Part shown: in pieces, positions 14,882-23,115 of the stretch | Position numbering within the stretch: the stretch's first letter is position 1 | Layout of the letters: every line of letters starts with the position of its first letter | Origin: Candidatus Binataceae bacterium | GTDB lineage: Bacteria; Desulfobacterota; Binatia; Binatales; Binataceae | Direction of reading: 5' to 3' | NCBI GenBank assembly: GCA_041487255.1 | Contig: JBGPMZ010000001.1 | Location: forward strand, 1 to 25,323 | DNA length: 25,323 nucleotides | Translations under genes and position numbers: made by a program | Notes under the pieces: generated by a model | Told to the model about the DNA's origin: nothing | What the model saw: only the letters and a program-made list of their open reading frames with translations | The model's database searches: none

Positions 14882-16156
14882 TCAGCGGAGCGTGATCAGG
14901 GTCCGCAGATGCATCAACGAGGTGTTTACGCCGCCGCTCAATTGCAGGATGCACTCGCGAGCCGCGCGGCCGGCGGTCCGGCGCGTCTCCTCGCCGGCCA
15001 GCCATTTCGTCGCGGTACGAACGATCTCTTCCGCGTTGTTTACCACCCGCGCGCCGCCCGCCGCGACCAATGCGGACGCGGTTTCCTGTTGATTCTCATA
15101 GTAGGGGCCAAACATGACCGGAACGCTCACCGATGCCGGCTCGGCTGGATTTTGCCCGCCACGAACTTCGTTGAGAGTGCCGCCGACGAACGCGACAGTG
15201 GCGCGGCGGTAAAGCGGACGCAGCTCACCCATGGTGTCGAGAATCATCACGTCCGCACCAGCATCGAAGCGAACCGCGCTCGCGCGCACATAGTTGAGCG
15301 CTCGCTCGCTGACGATTTTTTCCACCTCGGGCACGCGCGCCAGATGGCGCGGCGCAACGATAAGCGCCAAGGCGGGGAATTCTTTGCGCAACTCCAGGTA
15401 TGCGTTGAGGATGATTTCCTCTTCGCCCGCGGAGGTTGAGCCTGCGATGAGGATGGGCCGCCCGCCCGCAAACTCCTGCAGCTCGCGCCGCAGCGCCATC
15501 TCGGCGGCGGCATCCGGATCGAATTTGGTATTGCCGGTCACCACGATGCGGCTTCTATCGACTCCGATTGCCGCGAAGCGATCCACGTCATGCGCGGTCT
15601 GAGCCATTATGAGATCGGCGCATTGAATCGCGCGGCGGAACAATTTGCCGAGCCGTTGGTAGCGCGCCAGCGAGCGCTCCGAGATCCTTCCGTTGATGAT
15701 CGCGATTTTGGCGCCGAACTTTTTCGCCTCCCAAAAATAGTTCGGCCACAGCTCCGTTTCGGCGATCAGCACCAGGTCGGGACGCACACGGCGCAGGAAG
15801 GCGCGCACCGCGGAAGGATTGTCGAGCGGCGCCAGGAGGTGCGCCTTCGCCTTGGGAATCCGCCTGCGCGCGACATCGCGCCCCGCGGTGGTCATCGCGG
15901 TGATGACGGCGGTAGCGGTGGGAGCATCGTGCATCAGGCGCATGATTACGCTGTGAATGGCTTCGATCTCCCCGACCGACGAGGCATGCGCCCAGATGCG
16001 CAGCGCACTCGAAGCCGATCGGGGCGCGGCGATCCCGAGACGCTCGCGAGAGCCCTGGGCGTCGGCGCCGTTGGAGGCGAGCAGCGCGAACGGCAGCGCC
16101 GGATACCAGAGTAAATTGTAGAGCGCGTGAAGTATCAACTGGAGACCTGATTTCAA
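14882..16156 (-). CDS. waaA: Kdo transferase, 424 aa
   Basis: WAHASSVGE, ETELWPN, NGRISERS, TGNTKFD, AGSTS, IVAPRH, DTMGEL and GGQNPAEPA. Confidence 0.95.
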   Translation of the reverse strand: MKSGLQLILHALYNLLWYPALPFALLASNGADAQGSRERLGIAAPRSASSALRIWAHASSVGEIEAIHSVIMRLMHDAPTATAVITAMTTAGRDVARRRIPKAKAHLLAPLDNPSAVRAFLRRVRPDLVLIAETELWPNYFWEAKKFGAKIAIINGRISERSLARYQRLGKLFRRAIQCADLIMAQTAHDVDRFAAIGVDRSRIVVTGNTKFDPDAAAEMALRRELQEFAGGRPILIAGSTSAGEEEIILNAYLELRKEFPALALIVAPRHLARVPEVEKIVSERALNYVRASAVRFDAGADVMILDTMGELRPLYRRATVAFVGGTLNEVRGGQNPAEPASVSVPVMFGPYYENQQETASALVAAGGARVVNNAEEIVRTATKWLAGEETRRTAGRAARECILQLSGGVNTSLMHLRTLITLR

Positions 16157-16173
16157 GCCGCCCGATCGCCGAT

Positions 16174-17946
16174 CTAGTTGACCACCAACGTTTCGCCGCC
16201 TTCGATCTCGGGCGCGGTCATGAACTGGAGATCGTAGAGCTTGCGATATTCCCGGCCGCGCGCGAACAACTCATCGTGGGTGCCCTGTTCGACGATGCGG
16301 CCGCGGACCAGCACGATTATCTTGTCGGCGCGCCGAACGGTCGAAAGCCGATGTGCGATGACTAACGTGGTGCGGTTACGCATCAGCGTTTCGAGCGCGT
16401 CCTGCACCGCGCGTTCCGATTCCGAGTCGAGCGAGGAGGTGGCCTCATCGAGAATCAGGATCGGCGCGTCCTTGAGCAGCGCACGCGCAATCGCGATGCG
16501 CTGGCGCTCGCCGCCTGAGAGCCGCACCCCCATTTCACCTACTACGGTGTCGTAGCCTTTGGGTAAGTTCGCGATGAAGTTGTGCGCGTTGGCTGCACCG
16601 GCCGCGGCGATGATCTGCGCCTCGGTCTTTGCCTGACTGCCGTATGCGATGTTCGCGCGGATCGTATCGTTGAACAGGAAGGTATGCTGCGTGACGATTC
16701 CGACTTGCGCGCGCAGTGACTCAAGCCGGATATCCTTGACGTTTACGTTGTCGACGCTGATGCGGCCCTCCTGCACGTCATGGAAGCGCGGAATAAGATC
16801 CGCGAGCGTCGATTTTCCACCACCGCTCATGCCTACCAGCGCAACCACCTTGCCGGCCGGAATCTCGAGGTTGATGTCTCTTAGCACCCAATCCTTCGCA
16901 TAACTGAAACCGACGTGCTCCATCCGGATGCTATGATTACCGGCGCCGAGCATCGCGGCTTTTGGATCGTCATGGATCTCGATCGGCTGGTCCATCATGT
17001 CGAACACGCGCTCGGAAGCGCCGAGGCTCTGCTGAACTGTATTGTTGATGCGCGCCAGACGCTTGAACGGTTCGTAGACAATCAGCATCGCGGCGAGAAA
17101 CGCGCCGAAGGTGCCGATGGTTCGCGTGCCGTGAATGACCGACGCGGTTCCATACCAAAGCGCGATTAGAAAGGCGATCGCCGCCATCGCTTCGATCATT
17201 GGACCGGTCGAGGCCTTGATGACCGCGGCACGCATGTAGAACTTGAACAGTCGCCGCAACTCGACATCGAAACGTTCGCGTTCGTATTCCTCCATGCCGA
17301 ACGCCTTCACCACCCGATTGCCCTGGTAGGCCTCCTGCAGCAGCGAAGTGATGCCGCTCATCTGCTTCTGCGCCTTTTTGGTGAGCTTGCGCATGCGGCG
17401 CGAGAACGCCATCACCGGACCCACCGCGCATGGAAAGACCACGAACGCGATCAGCGCGAGCTTCCAATCGATCCAGAACGCCGCGCCCAGCACCGCGATC
17501 AGACGCGCGCCTTCTCCGATCACGGAAAACGCGCCGTCGGTGATGCCGCTGGAGATGACGCTGACATCGTTGACCACGCGCGACATCATCATGCCGCTTG
17601 GGGTGCGATTGAAGAACGACAGCGGCATCCGCTGAAGTTTGCGATTCAACTCGGAGCGGATATCGAGGGTGATGTGCTGGCCGATGTAGGCGCTGAGGTA
17701 ATCCTCCCCGAAGCCGGAGAGCGAGCGCAGCACCACCACCGCAACCAGCTCGAGCGAGATGGTCTGCAACACCGCAATGCTCTTCAGATGCGAAATCTGA
17801 TCGATGAAGTGCTTGATGATGAATGGGATAACGCCGTCGGTCGCGCTGCTCGCGACCATGGTGACCACCAGCAATGCCATATAAGGAAATCTATACGGGC
17901 GCAGGTACGCGAGCACTCGGCGGCTGAGCGGGGTGAGCAGTTTCAT
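16174..17946 (-). CDS. msbA: Lipid A-core flippase ABC transporter, 590 aa
   Basis: N-terminal TM domain plus NBD (GMSGGGKST, LSGGERQR, ILILDEATS, IAHRLST), located between lpxB and waaA. Confidence 0.92.
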   Translation of the reverse strand: MKLLTPLSRRVLAYLRPYRFPYMALLVVTMVASSATDGVIPFIIKHFIDQISHLKSIAVLQTISLELVAVVVLRSLSGFGEDYLSAYIGQHITLDIRSELNRKLQRMPLSFFNRTPSGMMMSRVVNDVSVISSGITDGAFSVIGEGARLIAVLGAAFWIDWKLALIAFVVFPCAVGPVMAFSRRMRKLTKKAQKQMSGITSLLQEAYQGNRVVKAFGMEEYERERFDVELRRLFKFYMRAAVIKASTGPMIEAMAAIAFLIALWYGTASVIHGTRTIGTFGAFLAAMLIVYEPFKRLARINNTVQQSLGASERVFDMMDQPIEIHDDPKAAMLGAGNHSIRMEHVGFSYAKDWVLRDINLEIPAGKVVALVGMSGGGKSTLADLIPRFHDVQEGRISVDNVNVKDIRLESLRAQVGIVTQHTFLFNDTIRANIAYGSQAKTEAQIIAAAGAANAHNFIANLPKGYDTVVGEMGVRLSGGERQRIAIARALLKDAPILILDEATSSLDSESERAVQDALETLMRNRTTLVIAHRLSTVRRADKIIVLVRGRIVEQGTHDELFARGREYRKLYDLQFMTAPEIEGGETLVVN

Positions 17947-19112
17947 GGCATCATCGAGAGCGCGAGAGCGGCCACCCTCGCGGCCGCGCCCGGAGCGCCC
18001 AGACGGCCGCGCAATGAGTTAAGCCTGGCGATGGTTTGGTCACGAATCGAATCGTGAAGCATCGGCTCGGCCGCGCGGACCAGGTTGCCGGCGGTCAGTT
18101 CGCCCTGAATGAGTTCGGGAACGATTTTCTCTCCGGCCAGAATGTTGGGCATCCCGATGAAGTTGACGCCAGTGATAAGCATCCGTCCTAGTATGTAGGT
18201 CAGTGGCGACACTTTGTAGGCGATCACCATCGGACAGCCCAGCAGCGCGGTTTCCAGCGTCGCGGTGCCCGAGGCCACCAGCGCGACCTCGCTGGTCGCA
18301 ATGATACTATAGGTGTCGCCCTGGATAATACGTATCCCCTCGAGATCGACTTTCGCCTGCTCCGCGAGATCTTCTCGCGTCAGCGTCGGCGCCAGCGCGA
18401 TTACCGGGATGAGGCGATGGTCATGCGCGAGGATACGCGCGGCCTCGACCATCGGCGGCAGAATGTAGCGGGCCTCGGCGCGGCGGCTACCGGGCAACAA
18501 CGCCAACAGCTTCGAGTAAGGAGGCAGGCCGTGGCGCGCGAGGGTCTCGGCGCGGCCTTGCGCGGGTATGACGCGATCGAGCAACGGATGGCCGACGAAG
18601 CTCACGCGATCGCCAGCTAGTCCGTAGAGTTCTTTTTCAAACGGTAGGACGACCGCTAGCCTGCGCGAGCGCTCGACTATTTTCCTGATGCGCCCACGCC
18701 GCCATGCCCACACCTGCGGCGTGATGTAGTACAGCACCGGCACGCCCGCGCGTGCTGCGATACCAGCCAGCACCAGGTTGAACTCCGCATAATCGATCAG
18801 GATCACAAGATCGGGTTTGTTGGTATGCAGGACGCGCCGAAGATCGCGCATCGCTGCGAGCGACAACCCGATCGTCGAGATCAACTCGGTCAGTCCCAGG
18901 CCGTGGATATCCTCGATACGAACGATGGCGTGCACCCCCGCCGCGCGCATCTGTGCGCCCGCGACTCCAAACAGCTCGCACGAGGGATCGAGCGCGAGGA
19001 TCTGGCGCGCGAGATCGCCGCCATGAAGATCGCCCGAAGCTTCGCCCGCGACGATCATGATGCGCCGATTGCGCTGGGGCTGCTCGCTCAGGATTGCGCT
19101 GGACTCCGCCAA
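17943..19112 (-). CDS. lpxB: Lipid A disaccharide synthase; start uncertain (GTG 19124, TTG 19112 or ATG 19058)
   Basis: AGEASGDLHG, IDYAEFN, YITPQVWAWR, LPFE, VGHPL, LPGSR and SGTATLE. ATGA overlap with msbA. Confidence 0.94.
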   Translation of the reverse strand: MAESSAILSEQPQRNRRIMIVAGEASGDLHGGDLARQILALDPSCELFGVAGAQMRAAGVHAIVRIEDIHGLGLTELISTIGLSLAAMRDLRRVLHTNKPDLVILIDYAEFNLVLAGIAARAGVPVLYYITPQVWAWRRGRIRKIVERSRRLAVVLPFEKELYGLAGDRVSFVGHPLLDRVIPAQGRAETLARHGLPPYSKLLALLPGSRRAEARYILPPMVEAARILAHDHRLIPVIALAPTLTREDLAEQAKVDLEGIRIIQGDTYSIIATSEVALVASGTATLETALLGCPMVIAYKVSPLTYILGRMLITGVNFIGMPNILAGEKIVPELIQGELTAGNLVRAAEPMLHDSIRDQTIARLNSLRGRLGAPGAAARVAALALSMMP

Positions 19113-19137
19113 GATAACTTCCACGCTCGACGCGTGA

Positions 19138-19515
19138 TCAGTGTTCCGCGCCTTTGACGGTAAAGCTGTAGGCGCCCATCGTGTGGTCACCGTCTTTCGA
19201 AAGCGCGCGCCACTTCACGAAATACTGGCCCGGCGAAAGCGCCTTGAGTGGCACCGTCAGCGTGCGTTCATCGGAACTGGGCGCGCCCTCACCGGAGACC
19301 ACATCGCCATTTTCATTCAGCACGCGAATCGTTGTCGACGCCGGATTGAATCGATTGTCGAAATGCATCGCCACCCGCGACGGCGCCGCGCTCAACACGC
19401 TCGCGGCGGCGGGCGTCGATTTATCGGGAAAGCAATGTGCGAGCGCGTTCGAAGCGCACGTGATGGCGAACAGAATGAGCGGCAAGCGCAGAGCAGTTTC
19501 AGCCGATCGAGTCAT
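19138..19515 (-). CDS. copC: CopC-family periplasmic copper-binding protein, 125 aa
   Basis: Signal peptide ending ALA, mature N-terminal His, S.P....L...P..V...F pattern, L.PGQY.VKWRALSKDGDHTMGAYSFTV. No Met-rich Cu(I) loop. Confidence 0.82.
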   Translation of the reverse strand: MTRSAETALRLPLILFAITCASNALAHCFPDKSTPAAASVLSAAPSRVAMHFDNRFNPASTTIRVLNENGDVVSGEGAPSSDERTLTVPLKALSPGQYFVKWRALSKDGDHTMGAYSFTVKGAEH

Positions 19516-19516
19516 A

Positions 19517-20128
19517 TCAGCCGCTGGAGAGCGCGCGACCGATGTCGTCGGCCATGGTGGACGGCGTCACCGTGATGCCGTCGTATTGGCGAATCTGGCG
19601 TCCGTCGGGCCCGAGCAGAAAACTTGTAGTTACGTGATCGATGGAGCCATCGGCCTCGCGCGTGCGCTTGATTTTGAAAATCGCGAGGTAATCGTCAATG
19701 TCCGCGGGAACGCCGGTGAGGAAAATCCAATTGGCGCCATTCGCCCCATGCTCGCGGGCATATGCAAGCAGCTGCGCAGGGTTGTCGTGTTCGGGATCCA
19801 GCGTGATCGACACCAGACGCACTTTCTTTCCAAGTTCGGGCGCGAACTTCTTCTCGACCACCGACATTTTCGAGGTCAGCATCGGGCAAGTCCCGGAGCA
19901 TCGGGTATAGATGAAGTCAATGAGCACGTAATTGCCCTTGAGCGAACTGAGGTTGACGTTCCGCCCGTCCTGATCGACGAGCGTGAGGTTCGGCAGGCAA
20001 TCGCTTTGGTTGGCGGCAGGAAACGACCCGGTTTCGTCGTCGCGATGGCATCCGGCGATCACCATCGCGCATATCAGGATCGCGACGATCGCCAGATCGC
20101 CTGCGCAAAGGGAAATGCGCGACCTCAC
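19517..20128 (-). CDS. SCO1/SenC-family copper chaperone, predicted lipoprotein, 203 aa
   Basis: FIYTRCSGTCP (CxxxC), SITLDPEHD, WIFLTG and His ligand in IDH. Lipobox IAGC. GTG 20128 has a GGAG SD and GTGA overlap with the oxidoreductase stop. Confidence 0.9.
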   Translation of the reverse strand: MRSRISLCAGDLAIVAILICAMVIAGCHRDDETGSFPAANQSDCLPNLTLVDQDGRNVNLSSLKGNYVLIDFIYTRCSGTCPMLTSKMSVVEKKFAPELGKKVRLVSITLDPEHDNPAQLLAYAREHGANGANWIFLTGVPADIDDYLAIFKIKRTREADGSIDHVTTSFLLGPDGRQIRQYDGITVTPSTMADDIGRALSSG

Positions 20129-21063
20129 GGCTGCTCCATGCAAAGCCGGATGCGTTCGATCAGTTCAATCGCGCGCAGACCATCGCGGGCCGTCACCATC
20201 GGCATGCTGCGATCGCGCACCGAGGCGATGAACGATGCGACTTCGTCGGCGAGCGGATCGGCTTCGCCGAGGTCGATCTGTTCCGCCGAAATGATCGGAA
20301 AGGCGGTTCCGGCCGGCGCCGGACTCTTGCGATAAATCTGGATCCGGCGCGCCTCGTAGTCGACTGAGATGTACGCGTCGGCCTGGAAGAATCGAATCTT
20401 GCGCTCGCGCCGCGGTGCTACGCGGCTGGTGTTCACATTCGCAATCATACCGTTGCTGAAACGGATGCGCGCGTTGGCGACGTCAATTTGATCGGTCAGC
20501 ACGGCGACTCCAAGCGCCTCGACCGAAGTTGCTTCCGCGCCGGTCAACGACATCAGGACATCGAGGTCATGCACCATCAGGTCCAGCACCACATCGACGT
20601 CGGTGCCGCGCTCGGTGAACGGCGCCAGGCGATGGCATTCCACAAACCGCGGCCGATTGAGAATCGAGCGCAAATGATTGACGACTGGATTGAAGCGCTC
20701 CAGATGGCCGATCTGCAAAATGCGATCGCCGCTCTCCGCGATCGCGGTCAACGCGCGCGCGTCATCGAGGGTTGCCGCCATTGGCTTTTCGAGCAGCACA
20801 TCGCAACCGGCGCGCAACAGATGCGAGGCGATTTCGAAATGCGTGACGCCGGGCGAGGCGATCGTCACGACATCCACCTGGCTATCGAGCGCGTGAAAAT
20901 CCGTCGTCGAGGCCGCGCCATATTGCGAGGCGAGTTGAGTGGCGCGAGCAGCGTCGATGTCGACCACGTGCGTGAGAATGACGCCGGGAATCGCCGCATA
21001 CTTGGCGGCATGAAGACTCCCCAAGCGGCCGGCTCCGACTACGGCGGCGCGAATCTCAGGCAT
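20125..21063 (-). CDS. gnnA: Gfo/Idh/MocA oxidoreductase, probable UDP-GlcNAc 3-dehydrogenase (GnnA-like), 312 aa
   Basis: VVGAGRLG, LLEKPMA, IGHLERFNP, RLAPFTERGTDVDVVLDLMVHDLD and NTSRVAPRRERKIRFF. Position between lpxA/lpxI and lpxB matches gnnA. The family call is firm; the specific function is inferred. Confidence 0.75.
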   Translation of the reverse strand: MPEIRAAVVGAGRLGSLHAAKYAAIPGVILTHVVDIDAARATQLASQYGAASTTDFHALDSQVDVVTIASPGVTHFEIASHLLRAGCDVLLEKPMAATLDDARALTAIAESGDRILQIGHLERFNPVVNHLRSILNRPRFVECHRLAPFTERGTDVDVVLDLMVHDLDVLMSLTGAEATSVEALGVAVLTDQIDVANARIRFSNGMIANVNTSRVAPRRERKIRFFQADAYISVDYEARRIQIYRKSPAPAGTAFPIISAEQIDLGEADPLADEVASFIASVRDRSMPMVTARDGLRAIELIERIRLCMEQP

Positions 21064-21859
21064 GCCCGTACACCGTCAGGTTGGAGGATTGCGCCATCGC
21101 GAGGGTGCGCTCGCGCTCGAGCAGCAGGCATCGATCGGCCTCGATGCCGATCATTGCGGCGCCGATTTCCATCAGCAGCTCGATCGTCGCGGGCCCAATC
21201 GCGGGTCGGTCGAAGCGCAAGTCCTGCCCAGGCTTGGCTACCTTCGCGATGACGAGTCCCTTTCCTGCGATTGATGCCGCGCGGCGCAGCGCTGCATCGG
21301 TTCCTTCGACCGCTTCGACTGAGTACACCACACCGCCGCGGACTGCGACGCTTTGCCCGATATCGAAAGCGCCGAGGCTGCGCGCGACGTTGAATGCGAG
21401 GTCGAGGTCGCGAATTTTCCTCTCGCCGGGGTCGGGCCCGGCCATCAGACCCGGCTTCGCGATCGCATCGTCTATCAACGGAACCGGATCGATTACCGGA
21501 ATTCCTTCGGATTCGATTTCGCATGCGATCGCGCGCAGCACCGCATCGTCGCTCCATCGCGCGATCGACCCGAGCATCTTCACCGCGCGCTCATCCGGCG
21601 CGAATGAATCGACGAGCCGTGCGCGGGAGATTCCACCCGCCATCGCGGCCCGTTCGACGCCGGCGCTTTTCAGCACATCGATGATTTTCTGCAGCTCGCC
21701 GACCTTGATCCAGGTGAGATGATCGACCTGCGCCTCGAGCTCCGGTTTAGTTTCACCCTGATGAGCCAGCGCGATTACCTTGATTCCGCGCCGGCGGGCG
21801 GCGGCGGCAACTTCGAGGGGGAAGACTCCGTTGCCTGCGATTAGGCCCAGGCTACTCAC
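21056..21859 (-). CDS. lpxI: UDP-2,3-diacylglucosamine pyrophosphatase LpxI (DUF1009), 267 aa
   Basis: LGLIAGNG, DIGQSVAV, EAVEGTD and KVAKPGQDLRFDRPAIGPAT. Directly follows lpxA. Confidence 0.9.
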   Translation of the reverse strand: MSSLGLIAGNGVFPLEVAAAARRRGIKVIALAHQGETKPELEAQVDHLTWIKVGELQKIIDVLKSAGVERAAMAGGISRARLVDSFAPDERAVKMLGSIARWSDDAVLRAIACEIESEGIPVIDPVPLIDDAIAKPGLMAGPDPGERKIRDLDLAFNVARSLGAFDIGQSVAVRGGVVYSVEAVEGTDAALRRAASIAGKGLVIAKVAKPGQDLRFDRPAIGPATIELLMEIGAAMIGIEADRCLLLERERTLAMAQSSNLTVYGHA

Positions 21860-22643
21860 GCTCGCGCCCGACGACGCCGCGCTTTGAGTTTTGAATGAAG
21901 GTGATCAACCGCGCGATCTCGGGAACCGCGCAATACTCCGCGACGACTTCCTTGAGCGCTTCTTCGCGCGTGAGCCTGGAGAAGAACAGCTTGCGCATCG
22001 CGTTTTTGATCACCGCGATTTTTTCCGCGTTGAAGCCGGCTCGCTGAAGTCCGATTTCATGGACCCCTACCAGCCGCGCCCGATCTCCCGAGGCAATCGC
22101 GTAGGGCGGCACGTCAAACTCGATGCGCGCGCCGGCGGCCAGCATCGAGTACGCGCCCATGGTGGTGAATTGCTGAATGAGCACGCCACCCATCGCGCGA
22201 ACGTGATCCTCGAACACGATATGACCCGCGAGCTCGGTCGAGTTGGCCAGGATGCAATAGTCGCCGATGATGCAGTCGTGCGCGATATGCACGTAGTTCA
22301 TCGCGAGAACGTGATTGCCGATGCGCGTCACCATCCCGCCGCCTTCAGTGCCGCGGTGAATGGTGGAGAATTCGCGAACCAGATTGTCGTCGCCGATCTC
22401 GACGACCGAAGGCTCGCCCTTGAACTTCAGATCCTGCGGCTCCGCTCCGATCGACGCGAACTGGAAGATGTGGTTGCGCGCGCCAATCGTGGTGTTGCTC
22501 TCGATGACCGCATACGGGCCGACGACGGTGTTCGCCCCGATGCGTACATTGGGGCCGATCACCGCGCCTGGTCCGACCTGGACCGAGCTGTCGAGCTCCG
22601 CGCGGCTATCGATCACCGCGGAAGAATGAATCTGGCCGGCTAT
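21852..22643 (-). CDS. lpxA: Acyl-ACP--UDP-N-acetylglucosamine acyltransferase, 263 aa; probable ATA start
   Basis: Hexapeptide repeats, PQDLK, TIHRGT, HIAHDC (catalytic His), LAGH, DVPPY and GLQRAG. GAGGAG lies 8 nt before ATA 22643; see findings. Confidence 0.93.
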   Translation of the reverse strand: MAGQIHSSAVIDSRAELDSSVQVGPGAVIGPNVRIGANTVVGPYAVIESNTTIGARNHIFQFASIGAEPQDLKFKGEPSVVEIGDDNLVREFSTIHRGTEGGGMVTRIGNHVLAMNYVHIAHDCIIGDYCILANSTELAGHIVFEDHVRAMGGVLIQQFTTMGAYSMLAAGARIEFDVPPYAIASGDRARLVGVHEIGLQRAGFNAEKIAVIKNAMRKLFFSRLTREEALKEVVAEYCAVPEIARLITFIQNSKRGVVGRERE

Positions 22644-23095
22644 GACAGCTTCTCCTCGGGAACTTCCATCGCCGAGAGTTCGGCCTCCGCTGCGATCTCC
22701 CCGCCGACGCGTGCTTCCGCGCGCATCTTCCACAGCGGACCGCGGCTGCGGATCACCGTTACTTCCATGTCGAGTTGATCGCCCGGCACCACGGGTCTGC
22801 GAAAGCGCGCCTTCTCGACGCCGGTCAGCATGAACATGCGCCGGCTCTCGGCCTTGAGTTCGGCCAGCGCGAGGATCGCGGCGGACTGCGCGAGCGCCTC
22901 GATTATCAGCACTCCCGGCATTACGGGGTTGCCGGGAAAGTGTCCGGCGAAGAACGGCTCATTGTTGCTCACGTTCTTGAGCGTGCGAGCCTTGCCATTA
23001 GTGATTTCGACCACCCGATCCACCATCAGAAACGGATAGCGATGCGGCAGCATCCGCAGGTATCGGTCGAGCGCGTGATTTTTCGCTTCCGCCAA
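22640..23095 (-). CDS. fabZ: 3-hydroxyacyl-ACP dehydratase, 151 aa
   Basis: LPHRYPFLMVD, KNVSNNEPFFAGHFP, MPGVLIIEALAQ and FRRPVVPGDQL. TTG start. Confidence 0.95.
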   Translation of the reverse strand: MAEAKNHALDRYLRMLPHRYPFLMVDRVVEITNGKARTLKNVSNNEPFFAGHFPGNPVMPGVLIIEALAQSAAILALAELKAESRRMFMLTGVEKARFRRPVVPGDQLDMEVTVIRSRGPLWKMRAEARVGGEIAAEAELSAMEVPEEKLS

Positions 23096-23115
23096 GATGC
23101 CTTTACTCGAAGTCG

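Noticed and set aside
22644-22733. 30-aa N-terminal extension of LpxA from GTG 22733
   Set aside because: Lies inside fabZ, has no SD and no homology; ATA 22643 fits better.
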